64,000 bases of DNA, taken from a virus (taxonomy: Duplodnaviria; Caudoviricetes). Below, in pieces: positions 27,236 through 35,445 of this stretch. Below the pieces are notes generated by a model, which saw only the letters and a program-made list of their open reading frames with translations, ran no database searches and was not told the origin of the DNA. The first letter of the stretch is position 1. Each line of letters begins with the position of its first letter. Where the stretch lies: IMG/VR virus record IMGVR_UViG_3300036833_000232, positions 34,662-98,661 of that record; one strand, given 5' to 3'. The translations under genes were made by a program, and so were the position numbers.

Positions 27236-28057
27236 GTGGCGGCCACTGCGCGATGGCAGGTCGTATATGACCACCTGCTCACCGGCATTGATCAGGGCGA
27301 ATACCCGCCTGATCACCAACTGCCGACCGAACGAGAACTCATGCGCCAATTCGGCTACGCACGCGACACCGTTCGACGCGCCTACGCCCAGTTGGAGCAG
27401 AAAGGCCTCGTCGTCGTTGGTGGCCCCACCGGTCGACGGGTACGCCAACCGGTCGAGTTGTACTTCGACGCGTCCAAATTCGAACGGATCTACACCGACG
27501 ACCCCGACCTCAACCGCGATCAGTGGAGCCAGGACGTCGCCGCGCAGGGCTGGGAGCACGACCAGACCCCAGTGGTGAACCACCTGCCCGCCACGCGGTG
27601 CGTTGCCCGCTGGCTGGACGTTGACCTGAAAACGCCGCTCATCCGACGCCGACGGCTCCGGCGCGTCCGACAGACACCAGCACAACCATGGAAGACGGTC
27701 GTTATCGCCGACTCCTGGTTTCCGCTGGACATTGCCCACCGCCAGGTCGACGGGTTGGCACCACTGCTGATGCAGCAGAACATCACGATGCGTGGCGGCA
27801 TCATCCGCTCGCTGGGGATCCGCCAGGAGATGTTCGTGGACGAGATCCGGGCCAGGATGCCGCACGACGACGAGACCGAACTGCTGGACTTGCTGCCGTA
27901 CACCCCGGTTCTGGAGTTCGCGCGAGTGGGAATCGACGATGCCGGCCGACGCATCCGGGTGATCGTCAACGTGTTGTCTTCCGACTCCCAGTACCTGAAA
28001 TACATCCTTGACGTGCCCCAACCGCAGGAACCCTCACCCGCCACGGAGGACATGTGA
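27236..28057 (+). CDS. GntR (HutC/UTRA) repressor, KorA/TraR-like
   Basis: YPPDHQLPTERELMRQFGYARDTVRRAY wHTH plus UTRA domain; divergent from the traB operon. Confidence 0.9.
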   Translation: MAATARWQVVYDHLLTGIDQGEYPPDHQLPTERELMRQFGYARDTVRRAYAQLEQKGLVVVGGPTGRRVRQPVELYFDASKFERIYTDDPDLNRDQWSQDVAAQGWEHDQTPVVNHLPATRCVARWLDVDLKTPLIRRRRLRRVRQTPAQPWKTVVIADSWFPLDIAHRQVDGLAPLLMQQNITMRGGIIRSLGIRQEMFVDEIRARMPHDDETELLDLLPYTPVLEFARVGIDDAGRRIRVIVNVLSSDSQYLKYILDVPQPQEPSPATEDM

Positions 28058-28848
28058 TCGACCCCATACCGCAGTACCGCATCCGCTACGCCACCAATCA
28101 GGATGTGTCCGCCGTCATCGGCCTGCGCGCACACGCCGAAATGTGGCTACACGCCGCCGGTATCGACCAATGGACGGTGCGGTCGACCGGGGAACGCAAC
28201 ATCCGGGACTCGATTGCGGCCGGTACCACCTACGTGGTCACCACCGGCGCCGGGGATGTCATTGGCAGCCTCGCTATGGATGCGGCTGACCTGGACTTTT
28301 GGACCCCGGCGGAGGCGGCGCAGCCCGCGATGTACCTGTACAAGTTCATGATCGGATCTGATCGGCGTGGCAGCGGGCTGGGCGAGGTCCTCCTTGACTG
28401 GTGTTGCGCTCGGGCGGAACTCCTCGGCGCACGCTGGCTGCGGTTGGACTGCTGGCGCACCAACGCCGCGCTGCACCGCTACTACCTGCGTCGCGGATTT
28501 CGACATGTCGCTACTCGGCAGGCACCGGGCCGTCAGTCGGGGGCACTGTTCGAGCGGCCGGTGGATACGCGCACGGCAGCGAACCCCCCGAAAGTGAACT
28601 TGATCGATGAGACGGTGCCGCTGTTCGAGCGGCCGAAGCCGGTCGGGACGGACCGGTATGACCCGATCGGTGAGGCGGCGATCTGGCAGGAGGCATCCAA
28701 CGTGGTTGAGGGGATGCGTCACCAGCCGTTGCCGAGCCCGGATTGGTCTGCGGCTCTCGATCAGGCGGCCCGGACGTTGGACTGCCGGGCGCGGGCGATC
28801 CGGCAGGCGCAGGGCATGTATTACCGGGTCATCGACGGACAGCGTTGA
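28054..28848 (+). CDS. GNAT acetyltransferase
   Basis: RRGSGLGEVLL...LRLDCWRTNAALHRYY...GF. Confidence 0.85.
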   Translation: MIDPIPQYRIRYATNQDVSAVIGLRAHAEMWLHAAGIDQWTVRSTGERNIRDSIAAGTTYVVTTGAGDVIGSLAMDAADLDFWTPAEAAQPAMYLYKFMIGSDRRGSGLGEVLLDWCCARAELLGARWLRLDCWRTNAALHRYYLRRGFRHVATRQAPGRQSGALFERPVDTRTAANPPKVNLIDETVPLFERPKPVGTDRYDPIGEAAIWQEASNVVEGMRHQPLPSPDWSAALDQAARTLDCRARAIRQAQGMYYRVIDGQR

Positions 28849-28857
28849 GAGGGACAC

Positions 28858-29802
28858 ATGCCAACGATCAACGCGTACACCCAGGCTGGTGACGGCCAGT
28901 CCGCCAACGAGGACTGGTACTGCGCAACGGAGGACCTCGTCATCGTCCTTGACGGCGCAACCATCCGCACGGGCACCGGCTGCATCCACGGCCTTCCCTG
29001 GTATGTGCGCAACCTCGGGGCAGCCATCATGTCCGGGGCACAGGACTACGACCGGGCGGGAGTTGGCCGGGATCTGCGCTGGGTCCTGGCCGAGGCCATC
29101 GGCGCGGTCGCAGCAATGCACTCCGACACATGCGACCTGACTCACCCCGGCACACCATCAGCGGCGGCCGGCATCGTCCGAATCGGCATCGACGCGGCGG
29201 AATGGCTGGTCCTGGGCGACATCACCGTCCTACTCGACACCCCGGACGGGTTAATCGAGGTCGTCGATGACCGGGTCAGCCAGACCGCGTACACGGAGCG
29301 CCGCGAGTGCGACCAGTACGCGATCGGGACGCCGGAGAAGATGGCTGCGATTCTGAAAATGAAGGCGATCGAACTGGCCAGCCGGAACACGAAGGGCGGG
29401 TATTGGATCGCGGCGACCGACCCGGACGCTGTCTTGCATGCCCACACCGGCAGCATTCCGCGTGACCGGGTGCGGCGGTTCGCGGTGTGCAGCGACGGTG
29501 TCATGCGGGCGGTGACGCTGACCCCGGTGACGTCGGCCGGTGTGATGGCCACGATGCGCGGTGCGGGGCCGAGAACGGTGGTGGACCAGGTTCGCCAGGT
29601 CGAGCGCAACGACCCGGTGGGGCAGCGTTGGCCGCGGAACAAGGCGACCGATGATGCGACGGCCGTGTATGTGGACATGGGCGTGCCGCCGGAAGCGCGG
29701 TGGATATCCGAAGGTGCCCGGCAGGCGCTGATCGGCAGCATCACGGACACCACCAGGGGCTTGTTCGGCGCAGTGCCGACCGTTACCGGAAAGTTACTTT
29801 GA
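28858..29802 (+). CDS. PP2C-like phosphatase domain protein
   Basis: NED...VLDGAT...LGD...SDG...DDATAV. Confidence 0.8.
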   Translation: MPTINAYTQAGDGQSANEDWYCATEDLVIVLDGATIRTGTGCIHGLPWYVRNLGAAIMSGAQDYDRAGVGRDLRWVLAEAIGAVAAMHSDTCDLTHPGTPSAAAGIVRIGIDAAEWLVLGDITVLLDTPDGLIEVVDDRVSQTAYTERRECDQYAIGTPEKMAAILKMKAIELASRNTKGGYWIAATDPDAVLHAHTGSIPRDRVRRFAVCSDGVMRAVTLTPVTSAGVMATMRGAGPRTVVDQVRQVERNDPVGQRWPRNKATDDATAVYVDMGVPPEARWISEGARQALIGSITDTTRGLFGAVPTVTGKLL

Positions 29803-30071
29803 CCGGTAACGCCACTCACTTGGCCGACCAGCCGTACGGATGTCACCCAGATGGATGAGCGACACGCCCACCAAATGGTTGTGGAGAGGAGTGCGCGCCA
29901 CCAAAGTGGCTTGAGAGACAGTTCGGCCCGGGTGCTGTCCACACCCGGGCCGTGAGTTCCAACGCTGCGCAGCCAACACATTTGCACACGACAACACATC
30001 CGCGTCGTCGTTGAGTGTACCCGGTATGCACCTGGGAGCACCATCAGACGGCGCGTGTCGAAGGGAAACAC

Positions 30072-30362
30072 GTGACCGCCGTTACAACCCTCACCGTCCA
30101 CCTCGATGACCGGTGGGACGAGTGCTACTCACCCGAACCTGACTGCGCGGCCTGGCCGCCGGACGGATTCGTCGCCGACCTGATCGAAACCGGCACCCTC
30201 GACGCCTACACCGAGGCCATCGCCTGCATCCTCGCCGCCCTCGCCGCGACCGGTGCCCGGGAGATCCCCGCACACGAGGTGTTCCCCGCCGGATCAACCC
30301 CCACCATGGCAGCGCTGCGCAAGCTGGCCCGCCACGGCTACATCACCCTGGCGGGGGAGTGA
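30072..30362 (+). CDS. Small protein, tandem paralog A
   Basis: VHLDDRW.EC...P.DG...LA..GYITL.G shared with the next gene. Confidence 0.65.
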   Translation: MTAVTTLTVHLDDRWDECYSPEPDCAAWPPDGFVADLIETGTLDAYTEAIACILAALAATGAREIPAHEVFPAGSTPTMAALRKLARHGYITLAGE

Positions 30363-30682
30363 ACACCATGAACATTCCCCCCCTCGCCGACCTGGTCGTG
30401 CACCTCGACGACCGGTGGACCGAATGCGCCATCCCCGGCGCCACCGCCGGGGAGTTCCCGGCCGACGGCCTCATCCAAACGATCCGGGTCGACCCGGGGA
30501 TCTCCGCAGTCGGGATGGCGGTCGCGTTCATCCTGGCTGTCTACGCCGGGGACGGCGAGCACGAGATCGCCGGGCCGCGGTTGGACGTCGGGTCGTGGGC
30601 CACGCGGCTGCTCGAGCAGGGCCTGCACGAACTGGCCGACCGCGGGTACATCACCCTCACTGGCGGTGATGGCGATGCCTGA
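30359..30682 (+). CDS. Small protein, tandem paralog B
   Basis: Same motif set as paralog A. Confidence 0.65.
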   Translation: MNTMNIPPLADLVVHLDDRWTECAIPGATAGEFPADGLIQTIRVDPGISAVGMAVAFILAVYAGDGEHEIAGPRLDVGSWATRLLEQGLHELADRGYITLTGGDGDA

Positions 30683-31808
30683 GAACAACGGCCATCGTGA
30701 GCCTGAGCCGCAACTTGGCCTGGTTGGCGAACAGCGGCCGTCAAGCTGGACCAATCACATGCTCGACTGGATCGCGCTCGCTGACCCCAAGATCCTCCCG
30801 GACCCGTCGGTGCGCCTGTACTGGCTTCTCAAGTCGTTCATCATTGACGACAAGGGCCAGGACGGCAGTCGGGTGGTGCAGATCGTTCAGGAGGATTTGG
30901 CCCGGATGTTGCACCGGTCGGTGGACAGCATCCAGCGTGCCCTGAAGCCCTTGTACGCGCTGGGTCTCGTTGAGGACCGCGAGCGGCGCAAGGTTTCGGT
31001 GCAGGAGTCGGGGCAGAAGAAGCCGACTGTGACCACCTTGCTGATCATGCAGATCAACGAGGCGGAGCCGCCTCCCGGGTACGCGGGGTGGGTCAGACCA
31101 TTCGATGCGCGCAAGGACGTCCGGGCAGCTAGGGACGCCACCAAGGATGCGCGTATCGCTCCTGGTCAGAGTGACACCGCATCCGTGCGGCGTCAGTCCG
31201 ACCAGGAGATTGTGGATAACTCAGCATCCGGCCATGCGCCGCCAGGAAGCGTACCCGCCAGTAACACGGCCGATGATCTCCAAGGGGATGTTTCCGCAGG
31301 TCAATGTGACACCGCAAATCTGCCTGAATCTGGAGCAAATTTGCGCCAGAACGGAGCAGATTTGCGGTGTATAGGAAGCAAGTCTTTTGGAAGCAACCTC
31401 CTAGAAGAACTACAAGACACCCTCGGTCCGCCGCCGCTGTTCGCGGTGCCTCCCGACAACTCCGGTTCCGCCGCCGAGCCTGACGGCCCGGTGTCTGCTC
31501 ACATCGATGCGCTGTTCGAGGACTTCTACGACGCCTACCCGCGGCGGGTCGGCCGGAAGGAAGCCCGGCGGCGCTTCGAGGCCGCACTCAAGGACGGTGC
31601 CCAGGCCCGCGAGCTGATCGACGGGGCACGGACCTACGCCAAGGCCATGGTGGGGACGGCCGCCCGGTATGTGGCGCACCCGTCGACGTGGCTGCACCAG
31701 CGCCGCTGGACCGATGAACATCCCGCACCCGAATCCCAGCCGGTCGCCGTCAACGGGTGGCGGCCGTACCAGAACCCTGACCCGGCTGCCTACCACGAGG
31801 ACTACTAG
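30675..31808 (+). CDS. Replication initiator protein
   Basis: N-terminal HTH (QEDLARMLHRSVDSIQRAL), C-terminal FEDFYDAYPRRVGRKEA...HPSTWLHQRRW; upstream of a DnaC-like gene. Confidence 0.8.
   Translation: MPENNGHREPEPQLGLVGEQRPSSWTNHMLDWIALADPKILPDPSVRLYWLLKSFIIDDKGQDGSRVVQIVQEDLARMLHRSVDSIQRALKPLYALGLVEDRERRKVSVQESGQKKPTVTTLLIMQINEAEPPPGYAGWVRPFDARKDVRAARDATKDARIAPGQSDTASVRRQSDQEIVDNSASGHAPPGSVPASNTADDLQGDVSAGQCDTANLPESGANLRQNGADLRCIGSKSFGSNLLEELQDTLGPPPLFAVPPDNSGSAAEPDGPVSAHIDALFEDFYDAYPRRVGRKEARRRFEAALKDGAQARELIDGARTYAKAMVGTAARYVAHPSTWLHQRRWTDEHPAPESQPVAVNGWRPYQNPDPAAYHEDY
31172..31420. other. Putative replication origin inside the initiator gene
   Basis: DnaA box TGTGGATAA (31211-31219); GCARATYTGC x3 at 21-bp spacing (31314, 31335, 31356); A-rich tract after 31370. 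Confidence 0.65.
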
Positions 31809-32467
31809 TGACCAGCGAAAACACCCCACCTGTGATCAGTGTGGATGATTTTGTGACCTGTGACAGTGAGCGGTGGACCGAGTGGGTGGCGGCGAACCGG
31901 GAGCGGGGCGGGCAGCGGGTGGCGGCGATCCCGGCCCGGTTCGTGGAGGCGACGGTGACGCACCCGGCGGTGCGGTCGTGGCTGGCCGAGCTGGTGGGGC
32001 TGGCCTGCAAGGCTGGTGCCGGCCGTAACCCGTCGATCACGTCGGGGCCGTCGTTGCGGCTGCTCGGCGGAACGGGGACCGGGAAGACGCATCAGGCGTT
32101 CGGGGTGTTGCGGGCGGTGTCCGAGTCGGGGGCGGCGTGCCGGTGGGTGGCGACGACCGCGACGGACGTGTACGCGCGGATGCGGCCCCGGCATGGGGTG
32201 GATTCGGAGGCCGAGTTTGAGCGGTTCGCTGGGATGGATTTGCTGGTGTTGGACGATGTGGGTGCGGCGCGGCCGACGGAGTGGATCGAGGAGGTGAACT
32301 ACCGGTTGATCAACCGGCGGTATGAGGAGGACCGGCCGACGCTGTTCACGTCGAACCTGACGCCGGCCCAGTTGTCGGCGGTGTTGGGTGAGCGGGTGAT
32401 GTCCCGGTTGGTGGGGATGTCCACGCAGGTCGTGTTGGAGGGGCCGGATCGGCGGAGGCCCCGGTGA
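31808..32467 (+). CDS. DnaC/IstB-like AAA+ helicase loader
   Basis: GGTGTGKTH, LLVLDDVGA, LINRRY..PTLFTSNL, GERVMSRL. Confidence 0.9.
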   Translation: MTSENTPPVISVDDFVTCDSERWTEWVAANRERGGQRVAAIPARFVEATVTHPAVRSWLAELVGLACKAGAGRNPSITSGPSLRLLGGTGTGKTHQAFGVLRAVSESGAACRWVATTATDVYARMRPRHGVDSEAEFERFAGMDLLVLDDVGAARPTEWIEEVNYRLINRRYEEDRPTLFTSNLTPAQLSAVLGERVMSRLVGMSTQVVLEGPDRRRPR

Positions 32468-32808
32468 CCGACCTGGTGGTGCCGGATATGGCCCCGTGTG
32501 ACTACCTGGGTGTCTACCTCGGTGAGCACGGCGTGACCCAGAAAGCGTTCGCCGGGGCGATCGAGTTGACGGAGAAGCACTTGTCGGCGTTCATGGCGGG
32601 CGGGGTGCGGGTCACCCCCGATGTCGCGTTGCGGCTGGAAGCCGCCCTGAGCGTCCCGGCGGCCACGTGGGGGGCAATGGACGTCCAACACCGTGTTCGG
32701 GCGTTGCTGGCCGATTCAGGGGCACGGAGCCGGTACCGGAGGATCACCAGGGCAGCCGCTAACTTGATGGCCATGGGCGGGCACCAGCAGCCGGGCAGCG
32801 GCCAGTGA
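32464..32808 (+). CDS. HigA-like XRE HTH protein
   Basis: TQKAFA...HLS.....VTPDVALRLEAAL..PA..W. Confidence 0.75.
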   Translation: MTDLVVPDMAPCDYLGVYLGEHGVTQKAFAGAIELTEKHLSAFMAGGVRVTPDVALRLEAALSVPAATWGAMDVQHRVRALLADSGARSRYRRITRAAANLMAMGGHQQPGSGQ

Positions 32809-33476
32809 GCGAGATCGAATATCTCGACGTGTGGACAGCAGCACTGGCCCACCAGCGGGAACACGAGGTGAACAGGCTGACCCCTGACATGCTCACGGCA
32901 GGAGCCGATGTCAGGAAGTTGTTGGTGCCGAAACCTAACCGGCTGTGCACAGCGTGCGCCATCGAGCACCAGTCTGACCAGGGCTTCTTCGACGATGTGC
33001 ACCACTACGCGTGGGCAGTCCCAACCGAGAGTGCCCTTGCGGAGATCCGTGCGTATTCACCGCGAGGGATAGTGGAGATCGGTGCTGGGGGCGGGTACTG
33101 GGCGATGCTGCTGCGTGAGCGCGGCGTGGACGTGGTGGCCTACGATCCGGACCCTGCCGGGCCGAACACATGGCATGACGGCCGCTGCTGGTCAGCGGTG
33201 CTCGCGGGGGATCACACTGCGGTGGTGGAGCATCCGGAACGGACCTTGATGCTGTGCTGGCCGGAGCAGCACGCCAAGTGGTCCGCTGAGGCAGTGGAAC
33301 TGTACGCGGGAGCCACGGTGGTGTATGTCGGTGAAGACGCTGACGGGATCACCGGGTGCGCTCGGATGCATGACCTGTTGGAGTCGAAGTTCACCGAGGT
33401 GTCGGCGGTTGCGTTGCCTCAGTGGGTGGGCACATTTGATCAACTGTCTGTGCATGTGCGTACGAGGTGGGAGTGA
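32805..33476 (+). CDS. SAM-dependent methyltransferase-like protein
   Basis: IVEIGAGGGYWA...VVAYD...LMLCWP. Confidence 0.7.
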   Translation: MSEIEYLDVWTAALAHQREHEVNRLTPDMLTAGADVRKLLVPKPNRLCTACAIEHQSDQGFFDDVHHYAWAVPTESALAEIRAYSPRGIVEIGAGGGYWAMLLRERGVDVVAYDPDPAGPNTWHDGRCWSAVLAGDHTAVVEHPERTLMLCWPEQHAKWSAEAVELYAGATVVYVGEDADGITGCARMHDLLESKFTEVSAVALPQWVGTFDQLSVHVRTRWE

Positions 33477-34009
33477 CGGTAGCGGGCGTGACTGGCGGGC
33501 CTTTGGTGGGCGGGTGGACGCGGGGCACCACGTCGATGCGGGCTGGCCGGATCTACCCGTCTGGGCACTACGCCGTCATCACCACCGCTGGGATGGCACC
33601 GGCCCCGAACCGGATCGCCGCCCTGTTCGACCTGTCGGCCGGTACGGAGATGATCCGGCGGCAGCGGGTCACCCACGACGCGACACATACCCCGTTGTCG
33701 TGGTCGGAGTCGTGGTTCCCAGCGGCACTGGCTGCGGCGTGTCCGGTGTTGCTTCAACGGGAGCGGATCGTGGAGGGCACTCTGCGGCGTATCGCGGCTG
33801 TCGGCCCGGAATGGGTCGCATCCCGCGGTGTCGACGAGGTCACGGTGGCTGCGGCGGACGCGGGAATGGCGTACACGCTGCATGTGCCGGTCGGGTCCCC
33901 GGTGCTGGTGACCTGTACCCAGTGGGTGACTGCGGCGGGGCGGGTGGTTGAGGTGGGTGGGTCCACCGCGGTGCAGGGTGTGTGCGCTGCCTATCCCTAC
34001 GAGTTGTGA
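33467..34009 (+). CDS. Stand-alone UTRA domain (GntR lacking its HTH)
   Basis: GRIYP...IRRQRVT...SWFP...GSPVL...GRVVE; no wHTH. Confidence 0.65.
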   Translation: MGVTVAGVTGGPLVGGWTRGTTSMRAGRIYPSGHYAVITTAGMAPAPNRIAALFDLSAGTEMIRRQRVTHDATHTPLSWSESWFPAALAAACPVLLQRERIVEGTLRRIAAVGPEWVASRGVDEVTVAAADAGMAYTLHVPVGSPVLVTCTQWVTAAGRVVEVGGSTAVQGVCAAYPYEL

Positions 34010-34060
34010 GCGACACTACTGACGGGTTCTTGCGGTGACAGTCGAATCGGAGGAGCGATC

Positions 34061-34375
34061 GTGACAGCATCTACGGGCCCAGCTTTGGCGGAGTCGGTGA
34101 GCCTGCTACTGGACCGCTACTTTCCCGGGGACTTGGTTGAAGCTGTCATGGGGGACGACACCGAGGGGTATGACCGGCTGGTGGCGGTGTGTGCGACGGC
34201 GTGTGCGGTGTTCTCTGGCGGCGACACGGCGGCGATCAGCGTGCTGTTTGCGGAGGTGTCCGAACGGCTCACCGACACTATGGTGGACCGGATCCTGGAC
34301 AGCCCAGATGGTCCCGCGGCGACTCTTGCGGTGGTGTTTCATCAGCACATCGAAACAGCCTGGCGGCGGTTCTAG
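34061..34375 (+). CDS. Hypothetical protein
   Basis: GGAGGAG RBS. Confidence 0.55.
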   Translation: MTASTGPALAESVSLLLDRYFPGDLVEAVMGDDTEGYDRLVAVCATACAVFSGGDTAAISVLFAEVSERLTDTMVDRILDSPDGPAATLAVVFHQHIETAWRRF

Positions 34376-34378
34376 CGG

Positions 34379-34585
34379 TTATCGGCGGAGGATGCGGGCT
34401 AGGATCCGCAGTTTCTTGCCGCTGCCTTTGCATGCGGGGCAGGCTCGCCATGCGTTGATCCCGGTCGGGGAGAAGCGTTTCCCGCTGCGGCAGTCGCGGG
34501 CTTTGCAGGTGGTGTAGGGCCAGATCAGGTCGTGGGCGACCCACAGCACGATGATGCCGGTGATGATCAGGGTGGTGGTGCCCAT
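34379..34585 (-). CDS. Small TM plus DnaJ-type Zn-finger protein
   Basis: N-terminal TM; C....C..G and CPACKGSG. Confidence 0.6.
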   Translation of the reverse strand: MGTTTLIITGIIVLWVAHDLIWPYTTCKARDCRSGKRFSPTGINAWRACPACKGSGKKLRILARILRR

Positions 34586-34701
34586 GGTGGTTTCCCGGGG
34601 GAGTGGCGTGAGATTGGCGACGGTATCGGGTGTCGGTGGGGGTCGTCACCCGATTGGGAGGGTTACCAGCAAACGGTCTTACATAAGTTTTGTATGATCG
34701 G

Positions 34702-35445
34702 GTGGTGGCCCGCCCCCGAACCCACCCCACCCCCACCGTCGACCTGCCCGCCGCCACCGCCGCGGCCCACACGATCCGCCGCCACCGGCTCCGACTCGGC
34801 GACCCCCACGTCGACACCCTGCCCACCGACACCTACCTCGACGACGACGACCTCACCGCCGTCCTGGCCCACTGCGACACCCACCCCACCGTCCACGGCC
34901 ACATCCCACCAGGGGAAGTCACCGCCCGGGCGACCCTGTGGGCCTACCTCGACCAGCAGGCCACCCGGGCCGCGGAACGCCGACAGCGGGTCCTGCTGGG
35001 CATCCTCCAAACCGGGCACACCTCCACCGAACCGGCTGGCCGCTACGGGCGCCCACTGGGGTTGTCCCCGCAGAACGCCTACAACACCCGGATCGTGTTG
35101 GAACGCCGCTACCCGGCCCGGCCGCCCGCCGAGACCGCAGGGTCGGGGTGGCTGGCCGCACACCGCGACGAGGTCGCCGAACTCGGCGAGACCCTGGTCG
35201 ACCAGCGCCCGGACGTCCTGGCCACCATCCCCGACTCGACCGCCCGCCGCCACCTGGCCGGCCTGGTCGACGCGGTCGGGACTGCGCTCGGTCCGCTGCC
35301 CACCGACCGGTTCGCCACCGCGGTCCTCGCCGCACTGGACGCATGGATCACCACCGGCCCGGCGGTGTCCGCCGATCCGGTGCTGCGAGATCTGGCCGCC
35401 CGCGGCCGACACCTCCTGGCCACCACGGGCACACCGCCCGGCTAG
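34702..35445 (+). CDS. Hypothetical protein (possibly leaderless)
   Basis: Long ORF; TATGAT -10-like hexamer just upstream. Confidence 0.55.
   Translation: MVARPRTHPTPTVDLPAATAAAHTIRRHRLRLGDPHVDTLPTDTYLDDDDLTAVLAHCDTHPTVHGHIPPGEVTARATLWAYLDQQATRAAERRQRVLLGILQTGHTSTEPAGRYGRPLGLSPQNAYNTRIVLERRYPARPPAETAGSGWLAAHRDEVAELGETLVDQRPDVLATIPDSTARRHLAGLVDAVGTALGPLPTDRFATAVLAALDAWITTGPAVSADPVLRDLAARGRHLLATTGTPPG

Noticed and set aside
32464-32808. HigBA toxin-antitoxin module
   Set aside because: No adjacent HigB/RelE-like toxin
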